A stretch of DNA of 60,617 nucleotides, filler included, from Catajapyx aquilonaris (taxonomy: Eukaryota), in the NCBI GenBank assembly GCA_000934665.2. It is 4 parts of 4 records of this genome, joined end to end, with 100 filler letters (N's around TTAATTAATTAA, not from the genome) between each part and the next. Parts side by side here need not be neighbours in the genome. Positions count along the whole stretch, not along the records: positions 1 to 15,090 come from JYFJ02007608.1; positions 15,191 to 30,271 come from JYFJ02007609.1; 2 more parts are not named here. One strand, written 5' to 3'. Below the pieces are notes generated by a model that saw only the letters and a program-made list of their open reading frames with translations, searched no databases and had not been told where the DNA came from. The position numbers and the translations under genes are program-made. Below, piece after piece: positions 1 to 15,326 of the stretch; the stretch's first letter is position 1, and every line of letters starts with the position of its first letter.

Positions 1-889
1 AAGGACGTTAAATTAAATGGAAAACGGAGGGGAGATTTAGCCAGCTCTATTAAAGCTGGGTGAATTGCGTCAACTAGGACCCCCCCCCCCTCTGGATGTG
101 CAATGCAGACCTGCGGACATGCAGTTCCCCTAAAAAAAGGTTTTTTTTCGTGTGTGAATGATTAATGCCATGGAGTAGGTTTCGCTAATGAAACAACATT
201 CCTGGTTTTTCATTAATATGCCAGGACTGCCACCGATTTGACGGATTGTTGGCAATAGGTGAGCAGGCCATTCCATTTTTGGTGCAAAGGAGTAATGTGG
301 GGCCAGCCACATGTTATGTCTTTTATTGTGATATTCTCCATGGAGTTTGCCCTGACTGCACGTAGCTGCAGGTCAATTAATAAATAAAAACATGTGATAG
401 GAGTTTAGAGTGAAGAACACAAGCTCGTAAACAGCAATACAAACACTTTGCCTAACGAGTCTTCTCTGAAAGGGCTTTAAAAATGCATTACCATGTAGTA
501 CATAGGCCCGTCTCAACGTTGTGCGTGTATCGGGTTTTTAGAAAAGCCCCAGGATGCATTAATGTACTGTAAGTGAATATGTATGTAGGTCAAATATATG
601 ATCCTCTAATTTTGTGTTAGCTCTGTGACAAGTTATAAAAACAACATTGCAAGCTCATAATATTCCAAGGCAACTGGATGGAAAAAGTTGAGAGTTCTGA
701 ACAAGCCTTCATTGCTATTCATTTTCATGCGTTTTGCTCTCATTGCATGTAATCAACTTCGATCGTATAAATATTTTGCACAATTTGTGAATAAGGTAAT
801 GTAACCCTATAACAATGCCTTTTTCTAACATTAATCAGGATATTAATTTCATTTGAGATCGTATATTTTGTTGTTATACACTAACTATA

Positions 890-1313
890 CAGGGTGTATC
901 TGAACTCAGTGCCCCGACGTATATGACTGCCTTCCTAGCCACCAGAGGATCGATTTAAGTATAGGAGTCATATGTCTGGGCAGCCTCATTACGGAGATAA
1001 TTGGCCGCAAACATGTAGTACAAAATATCCTGTCGGTTAGGCCACCCATCGAACCCTCCCCCAGTCAGAAGGCTCTGGAAGGTCTGGGGGCGGGACTTTG
1101 TTGGTTTGTTGCCCACGGGTGGTAAGGCCTCTTTGGCTAGTTACACCAGAAAATTCTATTTAAAAGTCAGAAGGAGCGATTAGGCAAAAATCGCTAAAGA
1201 GTGTATCTCAGTAATGCGGCGGCCAAACATAATGATTCCTATACTTAAATCGATCCTCTGGTGGCTAGGAAGGCAGTCATATACGTCGGGGCACTGAGTT
1301 CAGATACACCCTG
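890..1313. mobile_element. Tc1/mariner-type MITE with ~110-bp TIRs
   Basis: Starts CAGGGTGTATCTGAACTCAGTGCCCCGACG and ends CGTCGGGGCACTGAGTTCAGATACACCCTG. Flanked by TA at 888-889 and 1314-1315. No internal ORF. Confidence 0.9.
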
Positions 1314-4300
1314 TATATCAAATGAACAATGTGGCAGGCATGTTGCCTGTTTCCAAGGAAATAATATTTATGCAACATTACGAGTATTTTTATTTCTTGA
1401 AATATTTGGCTGCAATGTGCAGCACTAATTAAGACGATCCTAATTAGGCCAAAGTTAAATGATTCATCAAAAGTAGAATGTCTTGAAGCCACCGTGCATA
1501 TTTTAACACATCCCGGTTGCGCAATAGGAAAAACCTTACATAAGTAGCACTAGAATAATGCATGATTTTTTCATGTCCCATTAATATGACATCAATAAGG
1601 GACCATGTTTCCCGGAAAGGTCAGCGAGCATTACGCTGTTTCTTTTGTATTTCATACAACAGACAAAAATTTTACCTGGCGCAAAACCTCGCAGTACTTC
1701 ACCAAAAAACCACCACTTATTTTCTTTGGTCCAAAAGTGCTTCTTTATAACATTCGCCTTGTGTAAACACATCGTTTAAAATTTTTATACCGTCGGCTAC
1801 CCGAATCCTCACGGGAGCAGAAAAACACGCGGCGAGATATAACAAGCAGAAAAATAGTCGGCCTGAAGAAAGAAGGAAGGAAGGAAGAAAGAAAAAGAAG
1901 AGCAAAAAGAAATCAATTTTCCCCTGAGAAAGGCGAAACCACGTCTTTCCCGCAAAGCATGTCCGCCAGTAATGCGCATTAAACCTTGATGGCGTCGTTT
2001 GTCGCCTTGGCTCGACTCACACGTGCTGCAAAGTTTTGGTTGCGGCCACTGGAAAAGTCTTCAAGTCTGACAACCTGGTCTGAGAGAAAAAAAAGAAGAA
2101 GAAGACTGTACCCCCTCCTTGGAAGAAAGAAAAAGAAGAAGGAAAAGAGAGAGAAAACTCTGTCCTGTCCTCCGCTACACGCCCTTTTCCTCCCCATTGA
2201 ATCCTACCAGAAAGGCACTCACTTGTCTGCCTTTTCTTTTCCATCTCTCGCCCTTTTCCTTCCCCGTGTTACCAAATCCGGAGAATCCACCCCTAGTGGC
2301 CCAAGAAATCAAAGTGTATCAAAACGTATGAAGGAAAGGAAGAGGAAATCAATAAGGGAGGATGGGGGGGACTCACAGGAGAAAAAGGCTGGACTCTAAC
2401 GGGATTGTTGCTTCTTAGAGCCGGATCTTACCTATGCGCCATCTACACCAAGATTTCAGACGAAGTTTATTGGCTTATTAGAGAAGCAGAAGCACTGAAC
2501 TAAAGCCATGAACGCACCAAATCCAACCTAACCTAACCTTTAAAATGCTGATTACACTACATTACCCCTCAGAACCGGTTTTAATCCGGATCGGAATATT
2601 TGTAGGAAGAGGAACCCTTTTCAACTGAGGACCCTGTTGAAGAGCAGACTTGGCTTGTATCTGCCGGTCGTAATGGAGCCGAGTCTGGACGCTATTGCAA
2701 CTAGGGGACTCAAAAGGTTCAATGAAGAATTTATGACCCCGATAAATTACCCGAGTAAACTTTATCGGGAAGGACGCCGAATTTAAACGGGCGGATTTTC
2801 AACCGTTGTGGTCGCCAACCTGAGGAACACGCAGCTTTTGCGATACACCCACACACTTGAGGCTTCTCTGACGTTCTTTGCATTTATTGCGATAATGTTG
2901 CCTTCTACATATGATTAGTGGTATGTTCGGTTTGCATGTTTCGATATTTTCCGTGCCAGTTTGTAATATTTCATGTGTTATTCTTGACAATATTGCTGTC
3001 AGCGAGAAATTTAAATCGCGTGGATTTCATTTTTGATGCAACAATACCTGCATTTTTATAACGACATTGTCTAAAGACCGGCCTCCTAAACACTAGTGTG
3101 ACTCCGCCTTCATTATTGCGCCCTAGCATTTGGCTTCCGCCGGTCTATAGCTTCAATTAGTTACACGCAAGGATGAACAAGCGAGCGATAATAAAGGAGC
3201 CAGTAGGCATGAAGGTGGGAGGGTTTTCCATCAGATCGTCGGTTATATCGATGCAACAGCCCTACTTGTTTAGATTTAGTAACAATAATCGAGCTCACGG
3301 GATGCACGCCGTGTTGACAGCTCTTGAAGGCTCTATTGATCCCCCCCCCACATTCCCCATTCCCCCCCAAACGTGCATCAAACTTTCGGGATAAAATCTA
3401 TGCCTACATTAAACCCCGATGTGCAAACGACTGCACAACAATGATACAGCGTATCCCCTCCATGCACAAAAACCGACACAACAAAGTTTGCCAGACTGCT
3501 CGCTGTCGAACGGATCCTGGAAAAAAGGTAATGTGTGTGTGTCAGTCATTACAATTTTTTTTGTGTGTGCACAAAACATGGCAAAAAATCCGGATCGTAC
3601 TAGCCCAATCTTAGCCTGGTAGCCACGTCGAAATCTGAGAGAATTAGAATTAAACACGCCATTTACATGTACCCCATGAGAGTGGAAAACATTTGGTATG
3701 CCAGCAACGAAAAGCCCGCCGGTTACTTGTTTAGTGTCTAGAGCCCCCACTGATGCAGTGCCAAAAGGTGGCGGGAAGGCTTCTTGAGTAATGACAAAAT
3801 CGGTACGCCTGTCCTATCTGAGACATAAATTACGCTGAGTTTGCAGTCTAACACGAGCTGGGCGTGTGTGTCTCTTCTGCTGCGGGTCGAGCCAGCTTTT
3901 GCCTAGGTTTCCAACGAAACATTACTCCCGACACAGTTTCCCTCCGTTTTCATTAATAATGCGTCTAATCAGTTAATAAAGTGGAAACTTGAGTGGAAAA
4001 GGGCTAATGCACAGCAGCTCTGGCAATTTATGTCCATAAATCCTGAGAACTCCCTTTGAGCCAGACCGATAACACTGGGAAACGGTGGAGAAGAGCTTTT
4101 GGGGGGCTCCGGGTGGTGTGCAAGGCCTTTCCTCCTATCCCAATCCTCCCAAGTTCTAGCCCTAGTTGCTCTTATTTCCAAGCATTCAGGGGGAAAAAAA
4201 AGAGTCATACTGATATTCCGTGTAATAAATATGCAGCCTCCGTCTCTCAGGTTGGATTGTTTTTGGTAACTTGCAGCGCACACATTCTGGGTGAATTTCA

Positions 4301-7300
4301 TGTGACATTGAGTTACAAAGCGCTTAGTGTGGAAGCCCTATTTTTTCATAATGGTGTACGTACACAGGGGCCTCAAAAGTGGCACAATTTTATGCCCTGA
4401 CACATGTGGGTTAGGTATACCATTGGGCAAATGCAGTGTGACATTGATTGATTGTCATTACCTTGTGCCACTTTCAACTTTATAAAAACAGGACATAAAA
4501 GGCGTTTTGATGCCCCCTCCGCTATATCCAGAGCGGTGGGCCAGTGATGTTGCCGCGAGCTACGACGTCCACTGGATATTGCGTTTACCCGAATATGCAT
4601 GTTTAACCGGATTACTTGCAAAACTCGGGGATCACAACCGGAGCAGCCTCTATATATGAGCAGGCCTTGTCCCTAAAACGGTCCGTTTTCGACAAGCAAG
4701 CACATGATTTTTATCGCCGCAACCCGCATCGTTGATTCCACAAAACCTGGCCAGTAAAGAGCCGGTTTTATACCCCTGTGCTTTCACAGCAATCAGAGTC
4801 GAGAAGACGATTCCTCTTTGGCAGTCAAATTGATCCCATCCTTTTCTCGTTGGGAAACTTCAACGATTTTTAATTCGCTTCTCCCGGAGACTGAGGGTAT
4901 CGAACCAACTTTAAAGTCGATTTCAATGATGGATGTCGAATAATGGGATTATGACGTCCTAGTCTTCATTTTTTAACTGTTTGAACCCTTCGAGCGATGA
5001 ATTAAGACTGATATGAAGGGACGCAAAAAAGTGGCTGAAGAATGAATTGAAAGGCACTAAAATAATATTTGCACTACTACCAACAGAATATATGTGGCGC
5101 AACGATGCATCTTTTGCGAATAGTTTATCGCAGCGCTACATCAATTATTTACCAAATTAGTGCCCCAATTTCAGTCATGTGAACTATTTGCAGACGCATT
5201 CAGATAATTGCTGCAGCAGCCCTACAGTAATTAACGGGATATGAAAGATGTGTGTCTAGTGGAAGCTACAGTGTATGTGACAATATTATGAAAGGGGAGG
5301 GGAGGTTTTCACAGTCAACCTTTCAATTAAGCTAATGCATCTGCATACGCCAAAACGTATCAATGTAATGTACCGTTATAAAGTGGCAGGGGCTTTACTT
5401 GTAAAATATTCAAGTTAGAACATTATTTCCTCTTTAAAATGCACAGACGTAGCTAAACGGCCCGAGGTCCGATGAAATAAAATATTTGTTTAAAATGTGG
5501 TGAATTCGCATCTGAACGCTTAAAATATTCATGGCAAGTGGCAAGTACTAGCGTCAAAGGGCATGAAAATTATTTTCCCGAGTCCGTAGACGACCTCTCT
5601 CGGAAGCCTCCACTTAAGCCCAAAGTCTATTTGTGCGTGAGCGCCCTTCCTTAAAGTAAGGCGGCCAAGCGCGAAAACAGAATCCAGATAATTAACGAGA
5701 TAATGTCCCGGCTATTTGCGTTTGGGAGGCAAGCAAACGAAGACTCCCCGAAATCCTGGAAATCTAGGATTCGGTTCAAATGTTTCCCAGCCAGGAGAGT
5801 AGGAAGTTAAAATCCAGAAGCGGCCATTCAAGTCGCAAAAGCTACCTGGATGGCATAATAATTAGTGGGTAGGGAAACTGTAAGCCCGCTTTTCTATTGG
5901 TTCATTTCGAGGGTTTTTTTTAAAACTGTGCGAACTCACTCGGTTTTATAGTTGTTATATCCCCCTCCCTCTCTTTCCACCTAACCTCCCCCTCTCTTCA
6001 TCCGGAGCTCGAATCCAATACGGTTCTAGAGCGATGCTCTATCTCGACGCCGCTTTTTCTTCCACCCGCCCACCCATCCAACCTCCCTTTGCTTTAGCTT
6101 ATACTGCCTTTTCCTCCCCAGTGGATGTGTTAGGAAAAAGAGGAATGCAATAACAGGGAGAACGGTTACGTCCCAAAAGAAAAAGGAGGTTTGTCCAAAT
6201 CGCCACGGATTCGCTTCCAATCCTTGACGCCACCGTCTCGATGCTCATAGACAGGTCATCATCCGGACGGAGTGTACCACATTGTGGAACGTCTGCGATG
6301 TGAGAAGTACACCTCCAGGATAAAGTGGCTAAATAAGTCAAAATGCAGCTCATTTTGAAAGTAGATATTGAGGTAAAGACATACAACCACGTGAATCTTC
6401 CAATCAGGAAGCAACTCGTTGGAAGTCGACCAAACAGCCAAAGTCTACCTACCATCAAGTGCATGAAAAGACGTTCCATCGAGGGTAATCCAACATGGAA
6501 TTTGAAACCCGGTGATTAACAACCTGGCCCATGCTTGGTGTTCTAATCAGGGAAAACCTCAAACACTGGCTCAGGTGTGAGCAGCAGAGATTGATGAAAA
6601 GCCGGGCCATCTTGAGTCTCGCAACAAGTTGTAGGTTACCAGCATCTCTCAAGACAGCAACAAGAAGGAGAATGCTTCATACAGAATCCTCCAGGAAGTG
6701 GTTTCCCATTGTGAACGGTACACACAATAAAGTCCTGGGGAACAGTACTTTGATGTTCCTTTCAACATTTCCGTGCTAGAAAGGGAGTCAAAAACAATGG
6801 GTAACCCATTAGCAAAGTACTGGCGCTCCTCCCAACAAAGATCTCAATACTTGGCAAGAAGGAAGTAGTGCTCCTTTCTCTGCCAACGGGCCTTATTCCC
6901 AAACTTGGTGGGGCTTCGAAATTTAAGACGGATCCATTAGAGAAGGTATCGCGAGACCGAAATTGATGTGTGATAAGTCGGATTTCACTGGGATGAACTC
7001 TGTTTCCTAAGTCTCAATACACTGCTGCAGGATTTTCGACACCGCTCTCTTGTTCATCGGGGACTCGTTCATTAATTAAGCGGAACCATAACTCACCATT
7101 CTATTAGCAAGTTGCTAGGAACCGGTATGATCCACTGGACAAAAGTTTCACTGCAAAAAAAATTCGATGTAAAGCTGTAGGGAAAGTGAGGGCAAGCATT
7201 TCATTTAAAATCGATAAAACTCCAACCAAAAACCGACCCAGCCAAAGTGCTGAAGAGAGTCCATATAATGAGATCGAGACGTTTTTTTCTTCTTTTTCTT

Positions 7301-10300
7301 CTTCCAAACGCACCTATATTTGACAACCACTAAAAGCTGCTTTTCTTCCCGATATAAAATATTACCCCCTAGCACTTTACGGATATCTTTACCCCGACCC
7401 GCAAGCAACAACAAAGCTATAAATTTAATATTACCGATAATAAATGGATTCTATCTCCCCTTCTTAAATCACCAAGGTGCTTGTCTTCCCTCCAAAAACT
7501 GGACATTTTTTTTTCGGGAAGGTTATAAGCATCCTATCCGGCAGTGTTAGTCGGCCAGTAAAATTAACCGGGAGGAAATTAAAGGCAGAAGAGCGCAGAC
7601 GCAAACCGCTTGATTGATGACAGTTACTTGACTGATTGCTCGCAGTGGTTAAGAGGAACGGTTTTCTCTAGGGGAAGAAATGAGAAGGGAAACAAACACA
7701 CGAGGAATATTTCCCCGAAAAACTACAGTATATATACAAAAATCTGATCGCATGCGAGTCGTCGTCGAATATTGTTGACAAGATGCCAAACTGTGTGACA
7801 GGGAGACATAAAAGACACGGGGGCCCATCAATCTTTTTCGGGTGTGTCCTGGAGCTGGCATATTTTCATCCGAATCAAACTTGGGGGGCTGAACAAAGTG
7901 TATATTTCTCAACGGATGTATTACCTCGGGTTCAGAAGAACAATCTTGCACACACCGATGCAAAATTGTGCAAGGGAGAAATTTATGCGCTCTAACGCGG
8001 TTAGGGAAAACACAGGACTCCAACTGTTTCTGTAACTGTCAGTTTGCAGCAGCATTACTGTCATGTGCGCCACTTGTAAAGAATATGAGGTGTCACTGAA
8101 GCATTGTAATTGCTCGTTATTATCAGGAGCGAACAGATATGCTCAAATATAAATCCGGGAGCTTTATAGCCCAAAAAAGTACATAGAGTCTCCTGTCGAG
8201 TATATAACTAGGGTACCAAAAGGTCTTGTGCTACCTTAGGACGTGATTTCTCCGGAGACAAAAAAAAAATCCTGAAATAGTTGGAGCGAGAAGAAAAGGA
8301 TCCTGTGGGGAGCAACCTTTTCCCCCCTTCTCCTTCTTCTTTTCGACCCTTCCTGGTCGCCAAGTATATTGAATTTTTCATGGCCCACGAACAATGGAAG
8401 CCACCCGAAATAAATTACAAGAAAGGTCCAAGAGGCCACCATTCCAGGTAACTAAATACGCCTACCTTCATACCAGCTTATTCTTTTCAACAAAAAAAAT
8501 TCGGGTGCGTTTTCAAAAGCCTGCTTGCTTTTTAAATTATTCCGGAAAATTCAGGTGGGACTTTTTGTGAATGGAATCAGAAAATTAGGCCTTATCCGGC
8601 CGAATAAAATTTAGTTGGAGTTGAAAATATGGCTTTCATTGCCATAATTATGGCGTTTATCACGCAGGTAATCCCGCACGCTAATATTATTGTCCATGTT
8701 AACTCGTGTTTCCCTTCACAAAATATTGACTCGGCGGAAATAGTTGTTGGATACAAAACACTGCTCGTATAAATAATGCAGGTGGAAGCACGCCATAACA
8801 GAGCGTGTAACAAAATTCAAATCAGCGTATTATTACGATGCATACTGGTTAACAGTTGTGCCACGAGCGTACAGGCCGGTCTAAAACAGTGTGACTGGCG
8901 CATCTGCTGTAATAAACGCTGTATCTGAAAAACCCCTTCCCACCCCACAATTGCGCCGTGTTGTACACACCGCCGTTCACAAATGTATGTAAATATTTCC
9001 AAATACATGTATGATTTGTGCCAGCGAAACAGTCATGGCTCCCAGTGTTGCCTGAGCCCCCATAGCCACGCACCATTTCCTCAGTTTCACGGCACTGAAA
9101 ACGCAATAAAAACGTTTCGAGGAAGAATAAGAGCCTGTTTAGACGTGCTCGGATTCGGGAAATAATTTTACCCGCGTAGTCAACAAGCCTTGCAAAATGG
9201 TGTTCTGAATACTAGCTCCTTGGATCATTAATTGCTGCAACACTTTCCGGGTAAGCGAAAAAAAAAGTTGCGGCATTAGTTTGTCCAAAACCTCAAAGTA
9301 ACACGCCTTCAATTCTAACAAACTTGAAAATTCTGAACTTGGTTCCCACATTTATTTTACAGAATTTGCATATGTTGAAATCAGCTGATTTTTTTTTAAA
9401 TGTGTAGGCCTACTTAATGGGTGATTTGTAATTTTTATGTAGGAAGTGACGCACATTTGTGAGGGTGGAATGCGGCTAATTGAAAATCAACGAGACAAGA
9501 GGCCTCTCCCTTAACGGTGGTCGCTCGTAATCTTTACCGCTTCTTTCGCAGCTCGCCATGGAAAAAGAAGGTTTCAACTCGAGTGCCTTTCTTATCTGGG
9601 CAACGAGCACTGGGAAAGTGCGAAGAACAGACTGCCAGAGATTATGTTCGAGGGGAGGGTGGGGGGGAGAGGGAAAAGCCTTCGTTTTATTATGTTCTCG
9701 GATGACGGCCTTTGGAATAGTCCCCACTCCTTACTCGGCTTGCTGCAAATGAGAAAATTTCCAGGCGTATCGCAAAATTGGCCGAGATGCTTCTGTTTCC
9801 AGCCAGCACCAAGATAAATGCAAATCACTGCCGGAAAATTTACTCTAAACACCGCAGGCTTACAAAATTGGCAAGGAAAGAAGAAGAAGAAGAAGAGGAA
9901 GAGGAAGGAGAGGGTGGATGGGGAAGTAAATTTGCATTCCATTCAATCGAAAAGAAGAGTTTTGAATATTAAGCAGTTCACGGTTGCTCACATCAACAGA
10001 GCTCTTGAAAATCTTGGTCGCGCTGGTTCACTTCACGATTAATTTAATGCCACTCTGCAGAATAAATGAAAAATTTATCACACTCCTGAGATGACTGTGT
10101 GAGGAATCAAATGGAGTTTTATTTTCTTTAAAGAAAATACTTCTGATCAAATATTAGAGGTATAATAATCCATTTATTTTAAAACATTTACTCTTATGTC
10201 ATTCTAGAGTATGCCTTTCAACATTACTGATTGAATTAAATTAATATTTTCTACTGGTTGAACATTTAAAAATACGCAAACAGCTCCTCCATATTCCACA

Positions 10301-13300
10301 AAAGCGACATTGTGTACTATTCGTATTATTATTAGTGATCTAACTGAATAAACAGCGTATGTCCGATGCAAACGGAATTTTTGTATAACACACACCATAA
10401 AAATGAGATACTTTGTTAACAAAATCTCAAGGAATAAACATTACTCTGTTAAATTTTCTTAATCGTGACCTGAGCTTCGTTTTGAATGCATTACGTGCAA
10501 ATGCAGAGCGAATGGATGAAAATAATCAGTGAGCTTAGATGTCTTCTTCGGCAGAAATTTTCCAGATCAGACTATAATCAGAACGTATAGCATTCTACTA
10601 GCAGAGAAGAGAAAATTTTGGGGGGAGCCAAGGACCTTTTCTTTACGCATGCGTAAGAGCCCAAAAGTAGGGAGAGCACATTAGCCATTTCCTCGGGATA
10701 TGTTCTTCAGTGAGTTCATTGGAAAATTCCTCCAACTGACATTTATTACCGTGAACGACCCTGCTCTCGAATCCTGGACCAGTGGGTTTGGAGTGTTCAT
10801 ATTATTGATTAGCCGAGGCGGAGATCCCCAGTCACATTTGCCTAAGGAAAAGTCTACTTTCTGGCTTTCTACCTTCCCCTCCGGCCTCTGGGACTGTACA
10901 CAACCCATCTAAGAGGAGAGAATTTTTGTATTTCTCGTGCAAGCAGCTAAACCCCAGCACCTTTCCCGGGCGCGGCGGTTACCTGTTAATCAACTTATAT
11001 TCTGAGCTAATATCTGGTTCCGCTGTGGCTCCACCACTCGGGCCAGCCGCAATTACCACTAGACCCACACTAGACCGAGTGGACTCCAATGTCTACATAA
11101 TAATTGCATGGCCATTCCAACTATGAAACATGGCTGTTTTCTTCACACATTCATAATTCTTCCCACTGTGTAGGGTACACTCTACCTATTAGACGTAACA
11201 AAGAGGCTACTTCTATACCGTAAACATTTTTCAGTGTCACGCATAAAACGTGTAAACGTTTCGGTGTCACGTATAAAGAGTATACGGATGGAAAGTTCTT
11301 CGTTGTTGGATCAACCTGCACACGTGCCTACAAAAACTGACCTGGTATTGATTGTGTCGATAGTCTATCCCTCTCTGAGTAAGTTTGAGGCCCCTGCCCC
11401 TCAAAACTAAAGGTAGGCAAATCCCTCGCATCCCGTGTACAAGCACGTCTCCATTCTGGTTTGGCCTCACCCTTGTAAGCTACTCGCCGAACGAAGCAAA
11501 TCAGTTGGGAGAGCCCCATCAGGATTATTATCAGCCCCTCGCCTCTTATATACATTCTCCTTGCTATTCAGCCATGCAAAGGGGCTTGTGCAGTTTTGGC
11601 ACGCAAAAAGGGGGCGAGGCTTCTCATCCTGTTCTTTTGTGCGGTTTTCCACGCATGGATATCTGTCTCGAAAGACATTAGAGAAAATGCTGGACCATCT
11701 CTATGGGGTCCAGGGGCTCCAGCCTCAGCCAGCTAGGCCGTGGTATGATCGTATTAGGGTAGCTCCCGTGTCTCCTCCACGCTGTATGAAATTCAATTTA
11801 AAGGAGGGGACCGCAGTTTTTTTCGGGATGAGGGTGAGACCACCCTACGAAGTCGGTGGGGGAAACTACGGTTGGTCACGCAGAGGTTGGGATTGCCGAA
11901 AACGAGGTCAGGATTTTTTGGGAAGAGAAGAGGAGGGTTTAACGATGTTGCTCCAGAGACAAGGAATTCCGCGGCAAGGGTTGTATTGGAAATCGCTGAG
12001 AAACTATTGCAGAAGCAGTGAACAAACATGGGGTCTTAACCGATGCACTGGACAGTGTATATGGAAAATTTCCAGATTATTATTTCTATTTAGTTTGATG
12101 GGGGGAAATTTGCTGGGAAGATTTTATGGCTTGGAACCATGTTTATATTGCCGGTCCTAATTTATTGCGAGCTTCTGCAACATGCAAGATTCAACGCCAT
12201 TAGGATATATCATGCGGGTTCATGATAAACTTTCCACGCCACATGATACGGCAATTTATAATGGACAACTGCACTCGCAAGTAGCCTTTCAAAGGACTGG
12301 CTTGGTAATGGCCTTAATTGATATGTGCATATTTTAACATACATATCTCTAGTCATGACTTATTTTGTCGTGATATTTACAGTGAATCCGGCCGAGTTTA
12401 AATGGGCTGTGTCGTACAGAGCGGATACATGTTCAGTGCAATTTTTTAGCCGAACAGGGAATCCCTGCATGTGTGACTGTATAAAAATGAGATTCGGGAT
12501 GTCATGTGGGAAGTTAACTTCGGACCAACTCGTATTAGCCTACGGTCAAATACATGCAAGGTTACAGTAAAAATAGGAGCCCATTTTCCCAGAAAGGAAA
12601 AAGAGAGAATCAACATCATGACCTACATAATATTATTGGAGAGGATTTTTTAGGGGTCGCCTTGAATGTAATAATAACAGTTATTTTGCTTTTTTACGTC
12701 TCCTGCACAGGGAATGTGCTGCATTAGGCAAATTGCTATTCATCCGCCTTTAATAATAGGAAGAGCAAACCTGCGCTGCGGTTGAAGGGATGAATAGACT
12801 GTAAGAGGGAATGAAAGAAGTTTCACACGGTTCTATCTTAGGTGTCCTATTATTACATGTCAGTAGCAATAATTGTAATAGCCTCACTTTACACTCTGTC
12901 ACCGTATATTTGCTTGACCCACGTCACGTCCCAATGTCACACCAATGCGTGGAAATGCACAAATACAGACACGCCCATCAATTTTAGTATTTGTTTGCGG
13001 TATCATTCGCCCTAATGAATGTGTCCTAGGTAATTAAATATTTGATCATATTTCGGCCACATAATTCTGCCAATGTCCCCTCCGTGGCTCCTTCCAAAAT
13101 ATATTTTCCTGACCAGGGATCCCAGATATCCTTCCGATTTCCCACTGGACACTGGTGCCAGCCATATTTTTTCCCCCTTCTTCTTCCTTCCTTTCCTTCT
13201 CGAGGGCAAACCAAATAGGAATGGCCTGGTGTGGCAGTGTCGGGCTTCTGTCCCGGAGACGGGTCTTGTGGTGCTGGAGGGTGGCATTGTCCCAATTCCT

Positions 13301-14997
13301 ACGAGAGAGAGAGAGAGGGCTGACTCGCGGGTTCCGCCACTGAACTTGGACAATTCCGCGTGTGATGTATGCGCTACAACCAGGCCATTCCTTAAGCTGT
13401 CAAGAAGAGGCCCGAGATAAACACGGCAAGGCGGTGGCGGTCCACAGGGCGGCCCCCGTGGCTTAAAAAAAGAAAGAAAAAGACGCCTAGAAGAAAGCAC
13501 TAAAAAAGTCTGCGTGCGCCGACCTTAGACGAAGCCTTGGAGGGAAAAGGGTCTAGTTTGTATCCTTAAAGCCACGTTAAGCGGCGTGCTAGATAGAGTT
13601 GCGCGACTTGATTGCGTAGGCGGAAAAGCAAGCCCGGGAAAGGGATAAATTACACGGTTCAACCCCCTCCACCCCCCCCCCCCTCCTTTCCTTTCCCCTC
13701 CCAAACGACTATAGAGGGGTGATGGTAATGACCACATTAAGTGAAAGATACGCGACTTGTTAGCTTGTTCTGGTAAATAACCTGCCTAATTTATATTTAC
13801 TCGCACTTCTTGTTTCTTGGGCGGGACCCTTTCAAGTAGGAGAACTGCAGTGTGTGGTTAGGTGTGTGGCAAAGTGTTATGCGAAATGCGATAAGTTTTT
13901 CGAGGTTTTCTTTTCCCCTGAAAGTGGATTTTTAATCTTGGCCAGTACTACAGGAGTTACAAAGTAAACTATATAAGCATGACTGAGAAATATTTGTAGG
14001 CAGGGACAGTCTACGATATTCTCGTAAATAATTTCTCCGTGATTTTGGGTGTGACTTTTCGAATCGCCTCAATATTATGGATATATGTCGCTGGATTCGA
14101 CCAATTTTAATCAAATCGGTGGGACAATTACGTCAGTAAATAATTGAGTAATTGTCCATTTTAAATGAAAGGAACGAATGCTAATTCAAGTTCAGGTAAA
14201 GCGAGTGGCATTCAAATTGAAGAAAAATTCTTTAAAAATCAATTGAATACAACATGAAACTAATACACGTATGAGCATATACGTACTCCATAGAAAATTT
14301 CAAATGTATAATATAATCCATTCAAATTATATTCCTAAATGTGAAGGTACACAGCTTTCCTTATACCTGAAAAATAATAAATGTTGCAAGTTGTTCTAAG
14401 TGTTCAGCAAATTTCCAAGGTTAAAGAAAAGAAACACAAATTATGTTAGTTGCAACTTATGACATTCGGTTCTTCATTCATAAATGTAACACACGACCGG
14501 GGCAACGCAAAAGTCATGGTCATGCTGAGCCACTTCCTGTAATGTAATATAAATAATTATCATTTTATAAGTGAAACTATTCATAAATAAGATGAGCACA
14601 GCAATTATGGATGTTTAGTGCATTTTTACATGGTGAGTTCTATATATTTTATGAGCGTTTCCGGTGCCTTGAGCACGTCGAGTAGACAACTTAAAATCTT
14701 AATGCATTGTACACCATCACGTGTACTACCCAGAAGCACTTTAAAATTCACAGCCCCAGCTACTGCACAGCTATGTGCGTGGGCGTTAATTTGAATCTAT
14801 GTTATATGTCCGTAGACTGTGTGTTTTCTTGCCTCGACTAGGTCAAGTGACGCACGTTAGCTTCTATGAAACGGATACTAATTAATTCACCGTAGGCTTT
14901 GTGTTGGAACATCCTACGTTCAAAATGCACCAACTTTTGGAAGTCTCCAACCGCTTAAAAAACGTACAGTGTTAACCAAAATGTGTAATACATTATA

Positions 14998-15090
14998 CAG
15001 GGTGTATCTGAACTCAGTGCCCCGACGTATATGACTGCCTTCCTAGCCACCAGAGGATAGATTTAAGTATAGGAGTCATATGTCTGGGCA
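14998..15090. mobile_element. Second copy (left TIR) of the 890-1313 MITE, truncated by an assembly gap
   Basis: Near-identical to 890-982 and preceded by TA. Confidence 0.9.
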
Positions 15091-15190
15091 NNNNNNNNNN
15101 NNNNNNNNNNNNNNNNNNNNNNNNNNNNNNNNNNTTAATTAATTAANNNNNNNNNNNNNNNNNNNNNNNNNNNNNNNNNNNNNNNNNNNN
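15091..15190. other. Assembly gap with TTAATTAATTAA spacer
   Basis: N run with an embedded all-frame-stop linker; same design as the other two gaps. Confidence 0.95.
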
Positions 15191-15326
15191 GGTTGTCACT
15201 TTCACATATTCATACCTGGACTACAATTGACCAGCCCTGTAATTTTGGGTCCGATCGGTGACATGTTGGTGCGGATCATTCCCTTGTTAGTGGCAAATTA
15301 AATCAGTGACAACTTTTTAAAAATAA

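Noticed and set aside
2523..2538. (CCTAA)n telomere-like repeat
   Set aside because: Only 2-3 units; common inside arthropod repeats.
6099..6780. Cluster of minus-strand ORFs, possible retroelement relic
   Set aside because: No motif I could assign in any frame.
10598..10941. Possible MITE with CAGAGAAGAGAAAATT-like ends
   Set aside because: Inverted match too weak and no TSD found.
11435..12160. 241-aa ORF
   Set aside because: Non-ATG start, no recognisable domain and no convincing splice context; likely chance.
15135..15146. TTAATTAATTAA inside N runs (also in the two other gaps) as a biological motif
   Set aside because: Identical 100-nt gap design three times; a scaffolding linker.
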